DNA of 63,738 bases, filler included, from Octopus bimaculoides (taxonomy: Eukaryota), in assembly GCF_001194135.2 (NCBI RefSeq). It is 10 parts of 10 records of this genome, joined end to end, with 100 filler letters (N's around TTAATTAATTAA, not from the genome) between each part and the next. Parts side by side here need not be neighbours in the genome. Positions count along the whole stretch, not along the records: positions 1 to 13,595 come from NC_068983.1; 9 more parts are not named here. The stretch is one strand, 5' to 3'. Numbering within the stretch: the first letter of the stretch is position 1; every line of letters begins with the position of its first letter. The notes beneath the pieces were generated by a model that had not been told where the DNA came from, ran no database searches, and was given only the letters and a program-made list of their open reading frames with translations. The translations under genes were made by a program, and so were the position numbers. Positions 1-12,761 of the stretch are shown piece by piece.

Positions 1-905
1 TATATATAAACATGCGCACACATCAAGAAAACATCACAGGAAAAGCAATTATGTTGAACCAGAATAAAAAATAAAGAACACGAAGGCAAATTTTATTTAC
101 CATACTTGTACGTATTCATTTGTATAGAATACATTTTCGCATTGTCAAGTGGAAAAAAAAACGTCACACATTCTCGACTTCATACGAAGCTTAAAAAAGA
201 AAAAAAAAACAACATATTGCTATACATATTATATATGTACAAAAGTTGATGAATGCTTTAATATTCCCGTTGGGAAATCAAGAAAATCTGTCGATTCGGA
301 AAATTTTAACAACGTAGAACTGTGTTTATTTGCTCAATGTATGACTAGGAAAATTGTTATCTGACGAGCAAAGAGAACGGAATTTGTTTGAAGTTTTCAC
401 TGTCTCCTCTGCTTGCTACGTTGAATCTATAGAGATTCACTCAATTTTCCGAGAACAGAGTTAAAGCCGGGTGGACAATATTGTTCTCTCTAATATTAGT
501 TAACGTTTGTTTTCATTTGATTCTTTCTACCCTTTCAATTATTTAGTCGATGCGGCGAGAGGGAAAAAAAAAATGCTCGTGTCGTTTTTACGCTGTGTTC
601 TATGTTGCTCTTGATTTTCTTATTTCTAACACCATTATATCATTTGCAAAAGGTTAAATAAACTAAAACTAAGCTCAAGTATTTTATTCCCCATTCTCTA
701 CGGATTTTACAAAATTGAAAAAAGAAAAAACCCAAACAAACAAAGAAACGAAAACAAGAAAAAGTTACTTACTTTTTACCATTGATGAGATTTTGTGTGT
801 GTGATACGAAAATGTGTTTCTATTTCCCAATAAAATCTTATTGTCGTTTCCGACGTTGATGGGCTGTTGGCTGATAGACTGTTGGCAGAAGCATTAGAGA
901 CGTAG

Positions 906-1112
906 AGTTAGATCTGTCGCGATCGTGAGAACTGAAGCACTTCAGTTGAATACGGTTTCACTGGCGTATAAGTGGCTGAGATTACAACACTCGACTCATC
1001 TGGAGACATAGATTTAAATCTGTCGCGAACCTGAGGACTGAAACACTTGATATGAATGCGGTTTTCTTGGCGTATAAGTGGCTGAGATTACAGCACTCGA
1101 CTCCACTAGAGC
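906..1112. repeat. Tandem duplication, about 106-bp period, two copies
   Basis: GGCGTATAAGTGGCTGAGATTACA occurs at 963 and 1069. The flanking ATCTGTCGCGA and ACTGAA-CACTT motifs are also repeated. Confidence 0.85.
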
Positions 1113-1279
1113 TTATTTACTGCTGTGTGAGTTTTAGAGCAAATTTGGGTACAGGGGATTTCATGTACGAAAGTTGGTGCATTGACTGTGATGTGTGCGT
1201 GCTGTTCAAACCTGACATACCCACTGGTTTCGACTTGCGTGCGATCAACTACCCTAAATGTTTTCCCGTTTTATTATTC

Positions 1280-1730
1280 TGTTTAAAGAAGGTCGCAAGT
1301 AGACAGGATCGGTTGCGAGTCGGACAAAATAATCAGCGGTATCTTTTCAGTATCTTTACGTTCTGCGTTTAAATTTCGCCGATGTTGACTTTGCTTTTTA
1401 TTCTTTCGGGGTCGATGAAATAAGTACCAGTTACGCACAGGGGTCGATGTAGTCGACTATCTCCCCTCCTCTAAAGTTTCAGGCCTTGTGCCTACAGTAG
1501 CAAGGATTATTTTGTTTAAAGAAAGTCTGCGAGCAGACAAGATCGGTAGCCAGTCGGACAAAATAATCAGCGGTATCCTTTCAGTATCTTTTTGTTCTGC
1601 GTTCAAATTCTGCCGAGGTGGACTTTGCTTTTTATTCTTTCGGGGTCGATGAAATAAGTACCCGCTATGCACTTGGGTTGATGTAGTCGACTTACCCTCA
1701 ACCCCAAAATTGCTGACCACATGCCAAAAT
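1280..1730 (+). mobile_element. Two tandem copies of tRNA-derived SINE family D (about 233-bp period)
   Basis: Both carry TTCTGCGTT-AAATT..GCCGA..TTGACTTTGC...TTTCGGGGTCGAT..AATAAGTACC, matching the copies at 9910, 19950, 24360, 35600 and 35830. Confidence 0.8.
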
Positions 1731-1821
1731 TTGAAAACATTAATTACTTTAAATTGTCTCTCGTTTCAGTTAATGCCATTTTGGAATCGTCGTTTTTTTC
1801 CCCGTAAAGTTTGGAAATGAT

Positions 1822-2165
1822 ACACCAGGCACAGGTATCATTAATCATATGTGCGAGACATAAACAACGCATGAACTTGCAGGTGGAGTTTTCTTCAAGT
1901 CGAGCAGCACATCTCGCTCAAATGATCCCTGAATAAGGGTTGTTTAGTGATGATGGACGAAACACCCATATTTCCGGTGTGAATTATTGAAATCCCACCA
2001 AATTCCTCTCGATACGTGGCTATGATACCCCCCCCCCCGCCACTACTTCTGCTCCTGATCAGGGATGCACATATAGTCAGCCACTAAGGGACATGCTCCA
2101 CTAGGTAAGGTGAAACGACTGACAAGTAAATCTCTGGTATTGAGCAGAATATTAGCTAGAAATCT
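1822..2165 (+). mobile_element. 5'-truncated SINE family E copy
   Basis: Co-linear with 3295-3660 (TACACCAGGCAC...CAGCCACTAAGGGACATGCTC...TGGTATTGAGCAGAATATT). Confidence 0.8.
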
Positions 2166-2169
2166 GCCA

Positions 2170-3107
2170 GGAACTCGCTGCATTGTACAAGCTGGTCCAA
2201 ACCGTTAGCGAGAAAACAGCTCAAGATTTCTTTAGAGGTCTACTGGAGGGTATGAGCGACAATGGCCTAGAGCTGTCGCTGGGCATCGACGACAACAGTC
2301 TAAGTGGTTTCTTCCGGAGGACTTTTGGGTCGAAGATACTGGACAATTTCCAAAAGTCTTTGACATGGCAGTGCTGTGGGGGTGAGGGCATTGGCTGTTC
2401 GAGACAAGCTGTTCAGCAATGGAAGTACCAACAACGGAACTTACCCGAGATACATGCAGTGGAGGTGAGGAAATTGCCCTGCATGCAGTCATTCAGTGTC
2501 TGTGCATTAGAGAGTTGTGGGCTTGTGTTGAGCAGTTGCTGTTTCGTGTAAGACCAATCGAGATGTCCGCCGAGCGTATAGTAGAATCAATGCACTACTT
2601 TCCTTTAGTAGAGAAGGATGGCAGATCTTTTTCTGCTTAGTAGCTGTGGAAAAAGAGGCTGTGTGATGGACCCGTCGGAAAGGTTTAAAGACAGGCACTT
2701 TCCTATCTGTTCAAGTTCTCTGTTCAATTCATTGAAATATCGTTTGAAGAGAAAGATGAGGGTAGAAAATAAGGTGCTGGCTTCTAGTGTGTATATCAAA
2801 ATGGGGGCAGGAGTAGTAACTCTGGTAAAACTGAATGGATTTATTTTGAGAATGCTTTTCTAAGTAGGAGGAAAGAAATTGAAAGATGCCACGTTCCGTG
2901 CCTTGGGGATGACATAGTAATCCGGGTCTTTTGCATGGGGTTTATTCCGAATTACCCTAAGTCTTCATTTCTCTAATTTCTATTTATAGATACCCTTGTT
3001 ATATCCTTTAATATTGTAGTGTTTCCCTTTGCTCGGTGTAAACCCCACCTGTTTTTGCGTGTTGTATCTCGTACTTTGATATTGCCTTTGTGGCCAGTAA
3101 AAGAAAT
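2170..3107 (+). mobile_element. Decayed L1/Tx1-clade LINE 3' end (ORF2 C-terminus plus 3' UTR)
   Basis: Frameshifted translation FFRRTFGSKILDNFQKSLTWQ...RDTCSGGEEIALHAVIQCLCIRELWACVEQLL resembles the L1/Tx1 C-terminal CCHC zinc-knuckle region. It ends in AGTAAAAGAAAT followed by a microsatellite. Confidence 0.7.
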
Positions 3108-3190
3108 CGTCGTCGTCGTCGTCATCGTCATCATCATCATCATCATCATCATTATTATTATTGTTGTTGTTGTTGTAGTTGTTGTTATTT
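3108..3190. repeat. Compound trinucleotide microsatellite (CGT/CAT/TAT/TGT)
   Basis: Visible directly in the sequence. Confidence 0.95.
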
Positions 3191-3195
3191 GATTT

Positions 3196-3700
3196 GGCAG
3201 AATCGTTAGCACGCTGGATGAAGTGCATGCCATCAAAGTGACACTGGGGTAAAATATACGAAGCTCAGTTTACCCATCAGGACTATCCGTCTGATAAGGG
3301 TACACCAGGCACATGCATCACAACGATATGTGCACGATATGGTGATCTCATATCAAGATAAACAGCGCATGACCTTGCAGGTTGGGCCCAGTTAAATTTT
3401 CTTCAGGTCGAGTAGACCATCCCACTCAAAAGGTCCCTCAATAATGTTTGTTTAGGGATGTTGAGCAAAACACTCATGTTTCCAAAAGTGAATTATTCAA
3501 ACCCCCAATAATTCCTCTCAACATATGGCTATGATGCTACCCCACAACTTCTGCTCATGGTCAGTGATGCACATATCGTCAGCCACCAAGGGACATGCTC
3601 AACTGGTTAAGGTCAAACAAATGACAAGCAAATCTGTGGTATTAAGCAGAATATTTGCTGTAGCTCATCTTTTATACCAAGACAAAACAATGTACATGAT
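3196..3700 (+). mobile_element. Near-full-length SINE family E copy
   Basis: Starts with the tRNA-like GGCAGAATCGTTAGCACGCTGG head shared with family D. Its body matches 1822-2165 and, on the minus strand, 35180-35540. Confidence 0.8.
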
Positions 3701-3711
3701 TATTATTTTTA

Positions 3712-4115
3712 TTATTCAGTAGTTTTATTTTTATAACGTGCTTTCACTTCACTACCGAGCGCAGCTCTGTGTGCCTTGGGTATGTGCTGTGGTTTGCTGT
3801 GATGCTCTTATGGTTACTGTATTGAAAGTGTTTTGCGTAGGATGTGTGCAGTGCCCAGCAATGCAATTTTCTGTATGTTATATATATTTGTAAGTTCTGT
3901 TGTTTTTGTTATGCATTTGCCTGAATATTATTTTTATTATACCTAAGGCAACTACTATGACAAGAATTGTTTCTGTTTTTAGATTCCACATTCGAGTCAC
4001 CTCTATTTCCAGGTCTTTGTATTTTGAAAGTTTCTCCATTTCTTTTAGGGAAACGTTGTCATCTGCTGGTATTGATACAGCAATTAGACAGCATTTTTTT
4101 CCTTCATGATCTTTG
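3712..4115 (-). mobile_element. R4/Dong-like (RLE) non-LTR retrotransposon 3' fragment
   Basis: Translates KCCLIAVSIPADDNVSLKEMEKLSKYKDLEIEVTRMWNLKTETILVIVVALGIIK, the RLE domain C-terminus. The 3' UTR matches 20275-20490. TAA-type tracts flank both sides. Confidence 0.8.
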
Positions 4116-4118
4116 ACA

Positions 4119-4183
<65 letters not shown>

Positions 4184-4987
4184 CATTGAGGCCGTTAAGT
4201 AATTCATCCGAACCAAAATGCCTTTGGATACTTAATTATGACTTATTTACGTCCCGAGACTATATTTTACCAAAATTGACTTTGCTTTTAATTACTCCAA
4301 GATCGATAAAACTAGTGCTTCTCAAGTACTCGAGTTGATTAAAATTAGCTCTCTCTTTCTTCCTCCAAATGCCTGTGTGCTTATTTTTGCTTCTGTTCTT
4401 TTTTGGCTGAAGTCAAATGTCATTAATATAATTTCGCATTCATTAATTGCTGTAATAGCTTTTAATTTTTTTTTTGTATTCTGTATTTCTGCAACTCAGC
4501 GTGCAACTACTTTTCGTTCTATTTGCAGCTAGAGATTCAATATATTGTATGAAACTGAATCGCTAACTTTTCATCATTGGAAAACCCAAAAGGGGAGGTA
4601 ATACACGACTTCCAGATCTTTAGGCAAAACAGAAGAAAAAAATGAAAAAAAGAAAAGAGAATGCAGAGAGAACTGGAAGAGTAATAGCCAGGTCTCAGTA
4701 ATTGATTTGAATAAATAAAATAGCTCGTTCGACGACCAAAAAAAAAACAAAAAACTATTGCTTTTAGGTGCTAAGCTCAGCTTTCTTTCAATTCTGTAAC
4801 GTTTCTATTATCACATATTTCAATTAACTACACTTGAATATTTTCGCTTAAAACATTTTCGGTGTAAACTGCTTTGGTCAACAAGTTATTTATGAAATGT
4901 AAAAATAAAACTGGAAAAAAAGAAAACAAGTACTAAAATAAACATGTTTATCAAAAGTATATTGTATGTTTGACCTCAATAAGAGGG

Positions 4988-5346
4988 TTAGCAATGGTTA
5001 TTCTCACCCAACCTGTTTGGAAGTTGTAATGCTTTATTTAAAATTTTAGTTGAAAAATGGTGGTGTTTAATCAATACACGGCCAGTGACAACAACTGAAC
5101 AACTAAGCAAACGACACGATGCCAGCTGCAAAGATATGAAGTGGGGTAGATAGAGGGTGTGGCGAGGGTTATGATATTCATGGATGACGCCTTTGTGGAG
5201 GTGGCATTTTTCAGTCTGCTCTATAAGCTTATATAGGCTGAGGCCCGGGTTGGGCTGGGGGCTACAAACACAAGGGCTGCCACGGACGCTACGTACACGA
5301 GATACGACAGAGACGTTAGATCCATTGTCAGGAAATAATTTCTTAG
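4988..5346 (-). other. Stop-free 119-codon reading frame after a candidate splice acceptor; possible terminal exon of an unidentified gene
   Basis: ctttcag| at 5347, then KKLFPDNGSNVSVVSRVRSVRGSPCVCSPQPNPGLSLYKLIEQTEKCHLHKGVIHEYHNPRH... to TAA at 4988-4990. No family recognised. Confidence 0.25.
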
Positions 5347-5484
5347 CTGAAAGTGTGAAGGCTAAAACAGTTTAGGAGCAGTCAACCACTGAAAATGACA
5401 GTAGAAATGGTATAGACTCGATCAAGCAGAACCAAGATGAAAGGCGTTCCATCTGTGACCATCCTGTCCTTTCCTTGTTATCCA

Positions 5485-5835
5485 CTGCGGACTCGCGGTC
5501 ATAGAATTGCGGCTTCGATTCCCACACTGGGCGTTGTGAGTGTTTATTGAGCGAAAACATCTAAAGCCCCACGAGGCTCCGGCAGGGGATGATGGCGAAC
5601 CCTGCTGTACTCTTTCACCACAACTTTCTCTCACTATTTCTTCCTGTTTATGTTGTACTTGTATTTCAAAGGGCGAGCCTTGTCACACTGCGTCACGCTG
5701 AATCTCCCCGAGAACTACGTTAAGGGTACACGTACCTGTAGAGTGCTCAGCCACTTGCACGTTAATTTCACGAGCAGGCTGTTCCGTTGATCAGATCAAC
5801 TGGAATCCACGACGTCGTAAGTGACGGAATGCTAA
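5485..5835 (+). mobile_element. tRNA-derived SINE, head/body 1 with tail X
   Basis: Head and body match 54270-54470 (minus). Tail AGGG..AGCCTTGTCAC...CACGTTAATTTCACGAGCAGGCTGTTCCGTTGA matches 25550-25710 (minus). Confidence 0.8.
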
Positions 5836-6133
5836 CGATTCAATTGTTTATTTTAAAATTTCTGAGATTATAATGTTGATAGCAATTCCTTTTTCGGAAA
5901 GGTAACGGGAAGTCAGAATTCTCAGTGTTTAACAGATACTGTACAAAGAACCCTGTTCAACGCTCTCAGAACTGTCAATGCAACATCCCAGACTGGTTCT
6001 TAATTTTTACCAACCTCCAAAACGAAGTAAAGGAAAGTTGACCTTAGAGAAATTTGAACATAGAAAATAGAGAGACGAACACATACCACGCGTGAGTCTG
6101 TCTAACACTCTAGTAACTCTGCCAATTCTCCTA

Positions 6134-6220
<87 letters not shown>

Positions 6221-7003
6221 ATCTATCTATCTGTTTGCCTGTCTGTGTGTTTGTTTGTCTGTCTGTCTGTCTGTCTGTATCTATTTATCTATCTGGCTCG
6301 TTGTTTCTCTCGTGTATTCCGCGGGTATGTGTTATATATNNNNNNNNNNNNNNNNNNNNNNNNNNNNNNNNNNNNNNNNNNNNNNNNNNNNNNNNNNNNN
6401 NNNNNNNNNNNNNNNNNNNNNNNNNNNNNNNNNNNNNNNNNNNNNNNNNNNNNNNNNNNNNNNNNNNNNNNNNNNNNNNNNNNNNNNNNNNNNNNNNNNN
6501 NNNNNNNNNNNNNNNNNNNNNNNNNNNNNNNNNNNNNNNNNNNNNNNNNNNNNNNNNNNNNNNNNNNNNNNNNNNNNNNNNNNNNNNNNNNNNNNNNNNN
6601 NNNNNNNNNNNNNNNNNNNNNNNNNNNNNNNNNNNNNNNNNNNNNNNNNNNNNNNNNNNNNNNNNNNNNNNNNNNNNNNNNNNNNNNNNNNNNNNNNNNN
6701 NNNNNNNNNNNNNNNNNNNNNNNNNNNNNNGAAGTCCTGGTCCAAACACATTCTGTCCCCTCTGGGTGGACTTGATAATTGAAGCTGTCAAATCTCGGAT
6801 ATTTTGGAATTAGAATTAGTAAGAAACGATAAATTTAGAAAAAAAAAAGTGGAACCAGCATGACGTAATTTTGGGATATAAACGTCATCTTCGCAAAGTT
6901 AGATGCTGGGGGAGGGGTTTCATGTGACTACTATTACAGAGGAAACAAAACAAAAAAATAAAACACCTTCAAAACAAGCAAATTCTATAAAGTAAAAAGG
7001 GAA

Positions 7004-7004
<1 letters not shown>

Positions 7005-7048
<44 letters not shown>

Positions 7049-7135
7049 GCAGCAGTTGCTGCTGCTACTACTACAGCTACTATGACTACTGCTGCTGCTG
7101 TTACTACTACTATTTCTGCTACTCCCTCTACCACC

Positions 7136-7188
<53 letters not shown>

Positions 7189-7283
7189 AGCTACTACGAC
7201 TGCTGCTGCTGTTGCTGCTACTACCATTACTAGCAACCACCACCAACACCACCACCACCACCACCACCACCACCACCACTACA

Positions 7284-7337
<54 letters not shown>

Positions 7338-7425
7338 GCTGCTGTTGCTGCTACTACCACTACTATTCCTGCCACCACCACCACCATCTTCACCACCACC
7401 ACCACCACCAATAATAATAATAAAG
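7005..7425. repeat. Compound trinucleotide microsatellite (ACT/GCT/ACC/AAT)
   Basis: Visible directly. It produces the poly-V/T/S/H ORFs in the track. Confidence 0.95.
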
Positions 7426-7545
7426 ATAATACATTTTGTGAGTGGTAGTAGCAAGTTGGCCAAAAGGCACTACAAAAGGCAGCACGATAACGTGATTAAA
7501 TTTGTTGACTGGAGGCTATGTGAAAAGTACGGCCTGGTCAGAGCA
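7425..7545 (+). mobile_element. R4/Dong-like fragment (zinc-knuckle to RHD region)
   Basis: HFVSGSSKLAKRHYKRQHDNVIKFVDWRLCEKYGL resembles the HIxSGCxxLAxxxYxxRHDxV motif upstream of RLE nucleases. It follows an (AAT)n tract. Confidence 0.65.
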
Positions 7546-8630
7546 CGGAGACCCTGTGAGACCTCTGACAAGAGGCTGCTATCCGCTCTCACAGAATCAA
7601 CCAGAAGAAGCAAGGCCAAGCGCTCTGAGAAGTAAAACAACAACGATGCTAATGACTACAACAATCCTTTCATTTCTATGTGCAACGCCGAAAACTTTTG
7701 GTGATGGTGCTTGACAGTTACCTCGATTAGTGGTTTATTTTCTCGATCTGATAAAGATGAAAAGCTAAGTCAATCATGGTGATATTTGAACTGTGAAACT
7801 AAGCCAGAAAAAATGTCGCCAACAAAAGAAGATAGAAGGTATCGCATGAAGAACGACGAAGCTGAAATGAAGAGAGAATTTACAAGAATTGTTAATCAAG
7901 AAAAAAGGCAAATTATTGTCGTTGATGGGAGACAAGAATATTTTGTACAAGTCAGAATGAGATAATAAGCTAGGTGAGAAAAAGAGATAGATAAGTTTTC
8001 CTAGAAATTAGTCAAAGGATTATGAAAGAAATAACAATGTATAATTCCCGAGTGTGAGGAGATCTATATCTGACACTGTGCAACAAAATGGGTGAAGGAA
8101 TTTTCACTGGTACTGCTTCTTGAAAATAAATAGTATTGATAATATAGTAATTGTATTCATAATATAGTAATAACGATATTTCATTTGAAATATGAATAAC
8201 CTCACGAACGCTGTTCACCAACATCGTCTTAATATTCAACACCGTACATTTTCTGTTCTACACATACAGTTCCTATCATGCAAATATATTGAAGGAACCT
8301 AGTCAATGTGTATTATTTAACTTCGGCACTAAATCCCATCAACGCATTTTTGTAGCCATTGTGAAAACCATCTTGATGTTGTAACTGGCAAGGTTTCAAA
8401 ATTTGTTTAGCTAATCTTATAAAATTACAAATACAACTCTTATAAGTGCTTCAGATATTTATCCTAATCTCTGCTAAACCTTTGTAAATATTTGGCAATA
8501 CAACTCCGATAATCTATAGACGATCTGTCATATATGACTAATGTGGATGAATAATATCTTTGGGAAAACGGAAAAAGAAAATTATATACACAAAACACAC
8601 ACACATATATGTGTGTATATATATATGTAT

Positions 8631-8717
<87 letters not shown>

Positions 8718-9059
8718 CGCACACATGTGTATATGTATGTGTGGATATGCATACACATCTATGTATATAAATATATATTATACGTATTTGCGACGGAAGC
8801 AGTATTAATGCTGCAATCTTTATATCCTAGCTCAATATGGATGTATCATATAGACGCACGGTACTAAGAGAAGACATATATTGTTAGCAGGCAGTATGAG
8901 CTCCAGAACTACGAGATCGTGTGATTTCAGCATACTGCATTTCTTCAGTGATAGTTGCCCAGAAAAAGTCATCTCAAAACCAGAAACAACAAGCTCCGAG
9001 TGGTGACTCTAGGGACTCAGCTTTAAATATATGTATATTAGTTAGTCACAGTCATTTTG

Positions 9060-9165
9060 TTGCTATTCGTGACCTCTTCAATGACCTTCCCCATCTCTTC
9101 AAGGTCTGCCTTGAGTCTTTCCAGACGGAATCAAGCCAGACCTTGCGACGTAAGGACTTTGACTA
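9060..9165 (-). mobile_element. Possible RTE LINE C-terminal fragment
   Basis: PSGKTQGRP, then a frameshift to LKRW, resembles the RTE GKRxxGRPxxRW motif. Confidence 0.35.
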
Positions 9166-9427
9166 ACAAACAACCGTTTGTTTACCCAGCACATTAAACA
9201 AAGAATCGATTAGTTAGTTGGTAGATATTTAACCAATCAACTAACAATAAAGAAGTGATAATGAACCAGTGCGTGTGTTATTATGATTGGCGTAATGACC
9301 CTCCAAAACACAACGTGATATATGTACATAAATGTATATACATATATATACATATATGCTTATATATGTGTATGTATGTACGTACACATACACACACCAT
9401 TCTACTTTACCAAGTTTGAAACCAATC

Positions 9428-9507
<80 letters not shown>

Positions 9508-9584
9508 TTTATCTATCTATCAAGATAACTACATAGACAGCCAGTTAGAGAAATAGTTAGTTAGTTAGTTAGTTAGTCAGATAG

Positions 9585-9627
<43 letters not shown>

Positions 9628-9909
9628 TTGAGAGAGATNNNNNNNNNNNNNNNNNNNNNNNNNNNNNNNNNNNNNNNNNNNNNNNNNNNNNNNNNNNNNN
9701 NNNNNNNNNNNNNNNNNNNNNNNNNNNNNNNNNNNNNNNNNNNNNNNNNNNNNNNNNNNNNNNNNNNNNNNNNNNNNNNNNNNNNNNNNNNNNNNNNNNN
9801 NNNNNNNNNNNNNNNNNNNNNNNNNNNNNNNNNNNNNNNNNNNNNNNNNNNNNNNNNNNNNNNNNNNNNNNNNNNNNNNNNNNNNNNNNNNNNNNNNNNN
9901 NNNNNNNNT

Positions 9910-10100
9910 AGCGGTATTTCGTCTGCCGTTACGTTCTGAGTTCAAATTCCGCCGAGGTCGACTTTGCCTTTCATCCTTTCGGGGTCGATAAATTAAGTAC
10001 CAGTTACGCACTGGGGTCGATGTAATCGACTTAATCCCTTTGTCTGTCCTTGTTTGTCCCCCCCCCCTGTGTGTAGCCCCTTGTGGGCAGTAAAGAAATA
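9910..10100 (+). mobile_element. SINE family D with intact 3' end
   Basis: B-box-like GAGTTCAAATTCC, body GGGGTCGATAAATTAAGTACCAG and tail CCCTTGTGGGCAGTAAAGAAATA. Confidence 0.85.
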
Positions 10101-10994
10101 AGATAGATGGATAGATAGATAGACAGCGGCGTTTTTAGTAGTTTGAAGACACTGAAATTTGTTTAAATTCAAGCATTTCAATGTATTTTTATTACATTGT
10201 TTTATTGTTGTGAATTTAAATCTTGCTTCGTTCGCTCAGATTTCCTGAAACAACAGTTATTATTTTATAATATTATTACTCTTTACGTCCAGGTCACAAC
10301 TGTTTAGCAGCCCTCTGACGAAAGGAGTTCTATTCAGACTTTTTTCATTATTATATTTTCCACACTTTCCAATGTCTCCTTCGTGTTTATTTTTCCATGA
10401 CGATAGGGTTTGATTTGAAGGAAACTTGTATACTCTTTCTAACAGGTCGATCAATCACAAACAGAAACCTTGAATAAATAACAGTTGTTGTTCTTTTTGT
10501 TGTTGCTGCTGTTTATTGCTATTTTCGTTGCTGTTTCGTTCAAGGTTGAGTTTTTATCAAATAGATCTATGATAAAAAAAATATTCTGATCGTGATCACA
10601 CCATCTATTACAGGGATATCTAAGAATGCATTATCCAACGTTTCGTTCCTATCTTTAAGATGTAATTTGAGTGAAAATCTTTCTGCTATTACTAAGAAGT
10701 TGATGGACCGTGTTGAGGATACCATATTAGCAATAATATCCTTATAGAAAATTGTAATAAAGGCCCTTTATTCAAAGAGAAAAAATATCAACATGTTCTA
10801 TGAAATTTAAATCGTGTACGGAATATAGTTCATATGTGAAAACTTAAATAACTTAGGTTTTGTCCATTAAGGGCCTAGTCATGTCTAAGTTAATGACACC
10901 GCCTGGTATCGTCTTTGAAGTCATGTTTTAGGACATCATGCCCAACTCAAATAGAGAATTGCTTGCTGAAGTGTATCCCGGCGTTGGTGTTTAT

Positions 10995-11270
10995 CTTTTA
11001 TCTTTTACTTGTTTCAGTCATTACACTGTGGCCATGCTGGGGCACCGCATTCAAGGATTTTAGTCGGATGAATCAACCCCAATACTTAGTTTTTTTCTTT
11101 TTTCCGTAAGCATGGTACTTATTCTATCGGTCATTTTTGCCCAACAACTAAGTTACGGATTTGGGATTTGGGCAGTCCAACGTTATAGTAGATGACACTT
11201 GCCCAAGGTGCCACGCAGTGCGATTGAACCCGGAACCATGTGGTTGCGGAGCAGACTTGCTACCTCACAG
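10995..11270 (-). mobile_element. SINE family C, internally deleted
   Basis: Reverse complement carries the head CAACCACATGGTTCCGGGTTCAATCGCACTGCGTGGCACCTTGGGCAAGTGTC and the tail CCAGCATGGCCACAGTGTAATGACTGAAACAAGTAAAAG. Confidence 0.8.
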
Positions 11271-12729
11271 CAACGGTATTTCTGCGAAGCATTTGTTGTA
11301 CAGGTAATGCCTGTATGTTATGGGATACATTTACTTTGATTTCTTTCGGAATAATATTTTAATGTATTTAGTAACTACTACTAATTATTTATAAATAAAA
11401 ATGATAGGTATAAACCACTGGACTAAACTGAAATTCTCTCTCTCTGTCTCTCTGTCTCTCCCTCTAACAATGAAAAGAGATAAGACAGAATAAAAAGCAT
11501 ACTGCGCAGTGTACCTTTCATTATATCGGAGAAACAATTACAATATATCGACTCATAACACAATTTTATGTATCCCCACTTGAAACGATATATGACAGAA
11601 TTACAACTTCAGATTGAATAAAAAAAAATATCGATACCGTATCATTTTAACAATAATCTCCAGACAATTTTACAAGTTTGGAAGTATGGCAAACAAAGTA
11701 ATCAGAACAGCCTTCCAGAAGGTTACCGTTTTTAGCTATGAAGAAAAGTGTTTTTGGAGATTGTCAGTAAAATGAAACTCTCAAACATTTCCTGCAAACC
11801 ACTACAGGTCAGTAGAGAGGTAGGAGGAGTAGAATTGGTAAAACGGTAGGATGGCGTGAAGTATTGATTTTCTCTTATTTTATGATTTCTGATGAGCCGT
11901 CTGTTTCGCCTTGAAGTCATTCTGCTCGAGTAGCTCAAACAGAACCAAGTTATAATCACATCCACACATAATTATAAACAGATATACATATACTTACGAA
12001 CACACCCACGCTCGGTCATACACACAAACACACAGAAATCCACACACATACACGTATATAGACGTACAAACACAGATACATTTAAACACACATATATAGA
12101 TACGCACGCACATATAAATATGTTCAGATCTCTCTTTCTCTCTATCTCTCTCTCTCTGTTAATATATANNNNNNNNNNNNNNNNNNNNNNNNNNNNNNNN
12201 NNNNNNNNNNNNNNNNNNNNNNNNNNNNNNNNNNNNNNNNNNNNNNNNNNNNNNNNNNNNNNNNNNNNNNNNNNNNNNNNNNNNNNNNNNNNNNNNNNNN
12301 NNNNNNNNNNNNNNNNNNNNNNNNNNNNNNNNNNNNNNNNNNNNNNNNNNNNNNNNNNNNNNNNNNNNNNNNNNNNNNNNNNNNNNNNNNNNNNNNNNNN
12401 NNNNNNNNNNNNNNNNNNNNNNNNNNNNNNNNNNNNNNNNNNNNNNNNNNNNNNNNNNNNNNNNNNNNNNNNNNNNNNNNNNNNNNNNNNNNNNNNNNNN
12501 NNNNNNNNNNNNNNNNNNNNNNNNNNNNNNNNNNNNNNNNNNNNNNNNNNNNNNNNNNNNNNNNNNNNNNNNNNNNNNNNNNNNNNNNNNNNNNNNNNNN
12601 NNNNNNNNNNNNNNNNNNNNNNNNNNNNNNNNNNNNNNNNNNNNNNNNNNNNNNNNNNNNNNNNNNNNNNNNNNNNNNNNNNNNNNNNNNNNNNNNNNNN
12701 NNNNNNNNNNNNNNNNNNNNTATATATAA

Positions 12730-12761
<32 letters not shown>

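Noticed and set aside
6920-7463. Poly-V/T/S/H/Y ORFs, and similar ones at 35966-36273 and 60975-61501
   Set aside because: These are translations of trinucleotide microsatellites with no splice or domain support.
10290-10440. Minus-strand exon-like segment ERVYKFPSNQTLSSWKNKHEG...SCDLD with AG/GT borders
   Set aside because: Its acceptor side (GATAGGGTTTGATTTGAAGGAAAC...TTTCTAACAGGTCGA) resembles a dispersed repeat also seen, on the minus strand, near 49860-49910, so it is probably chance.
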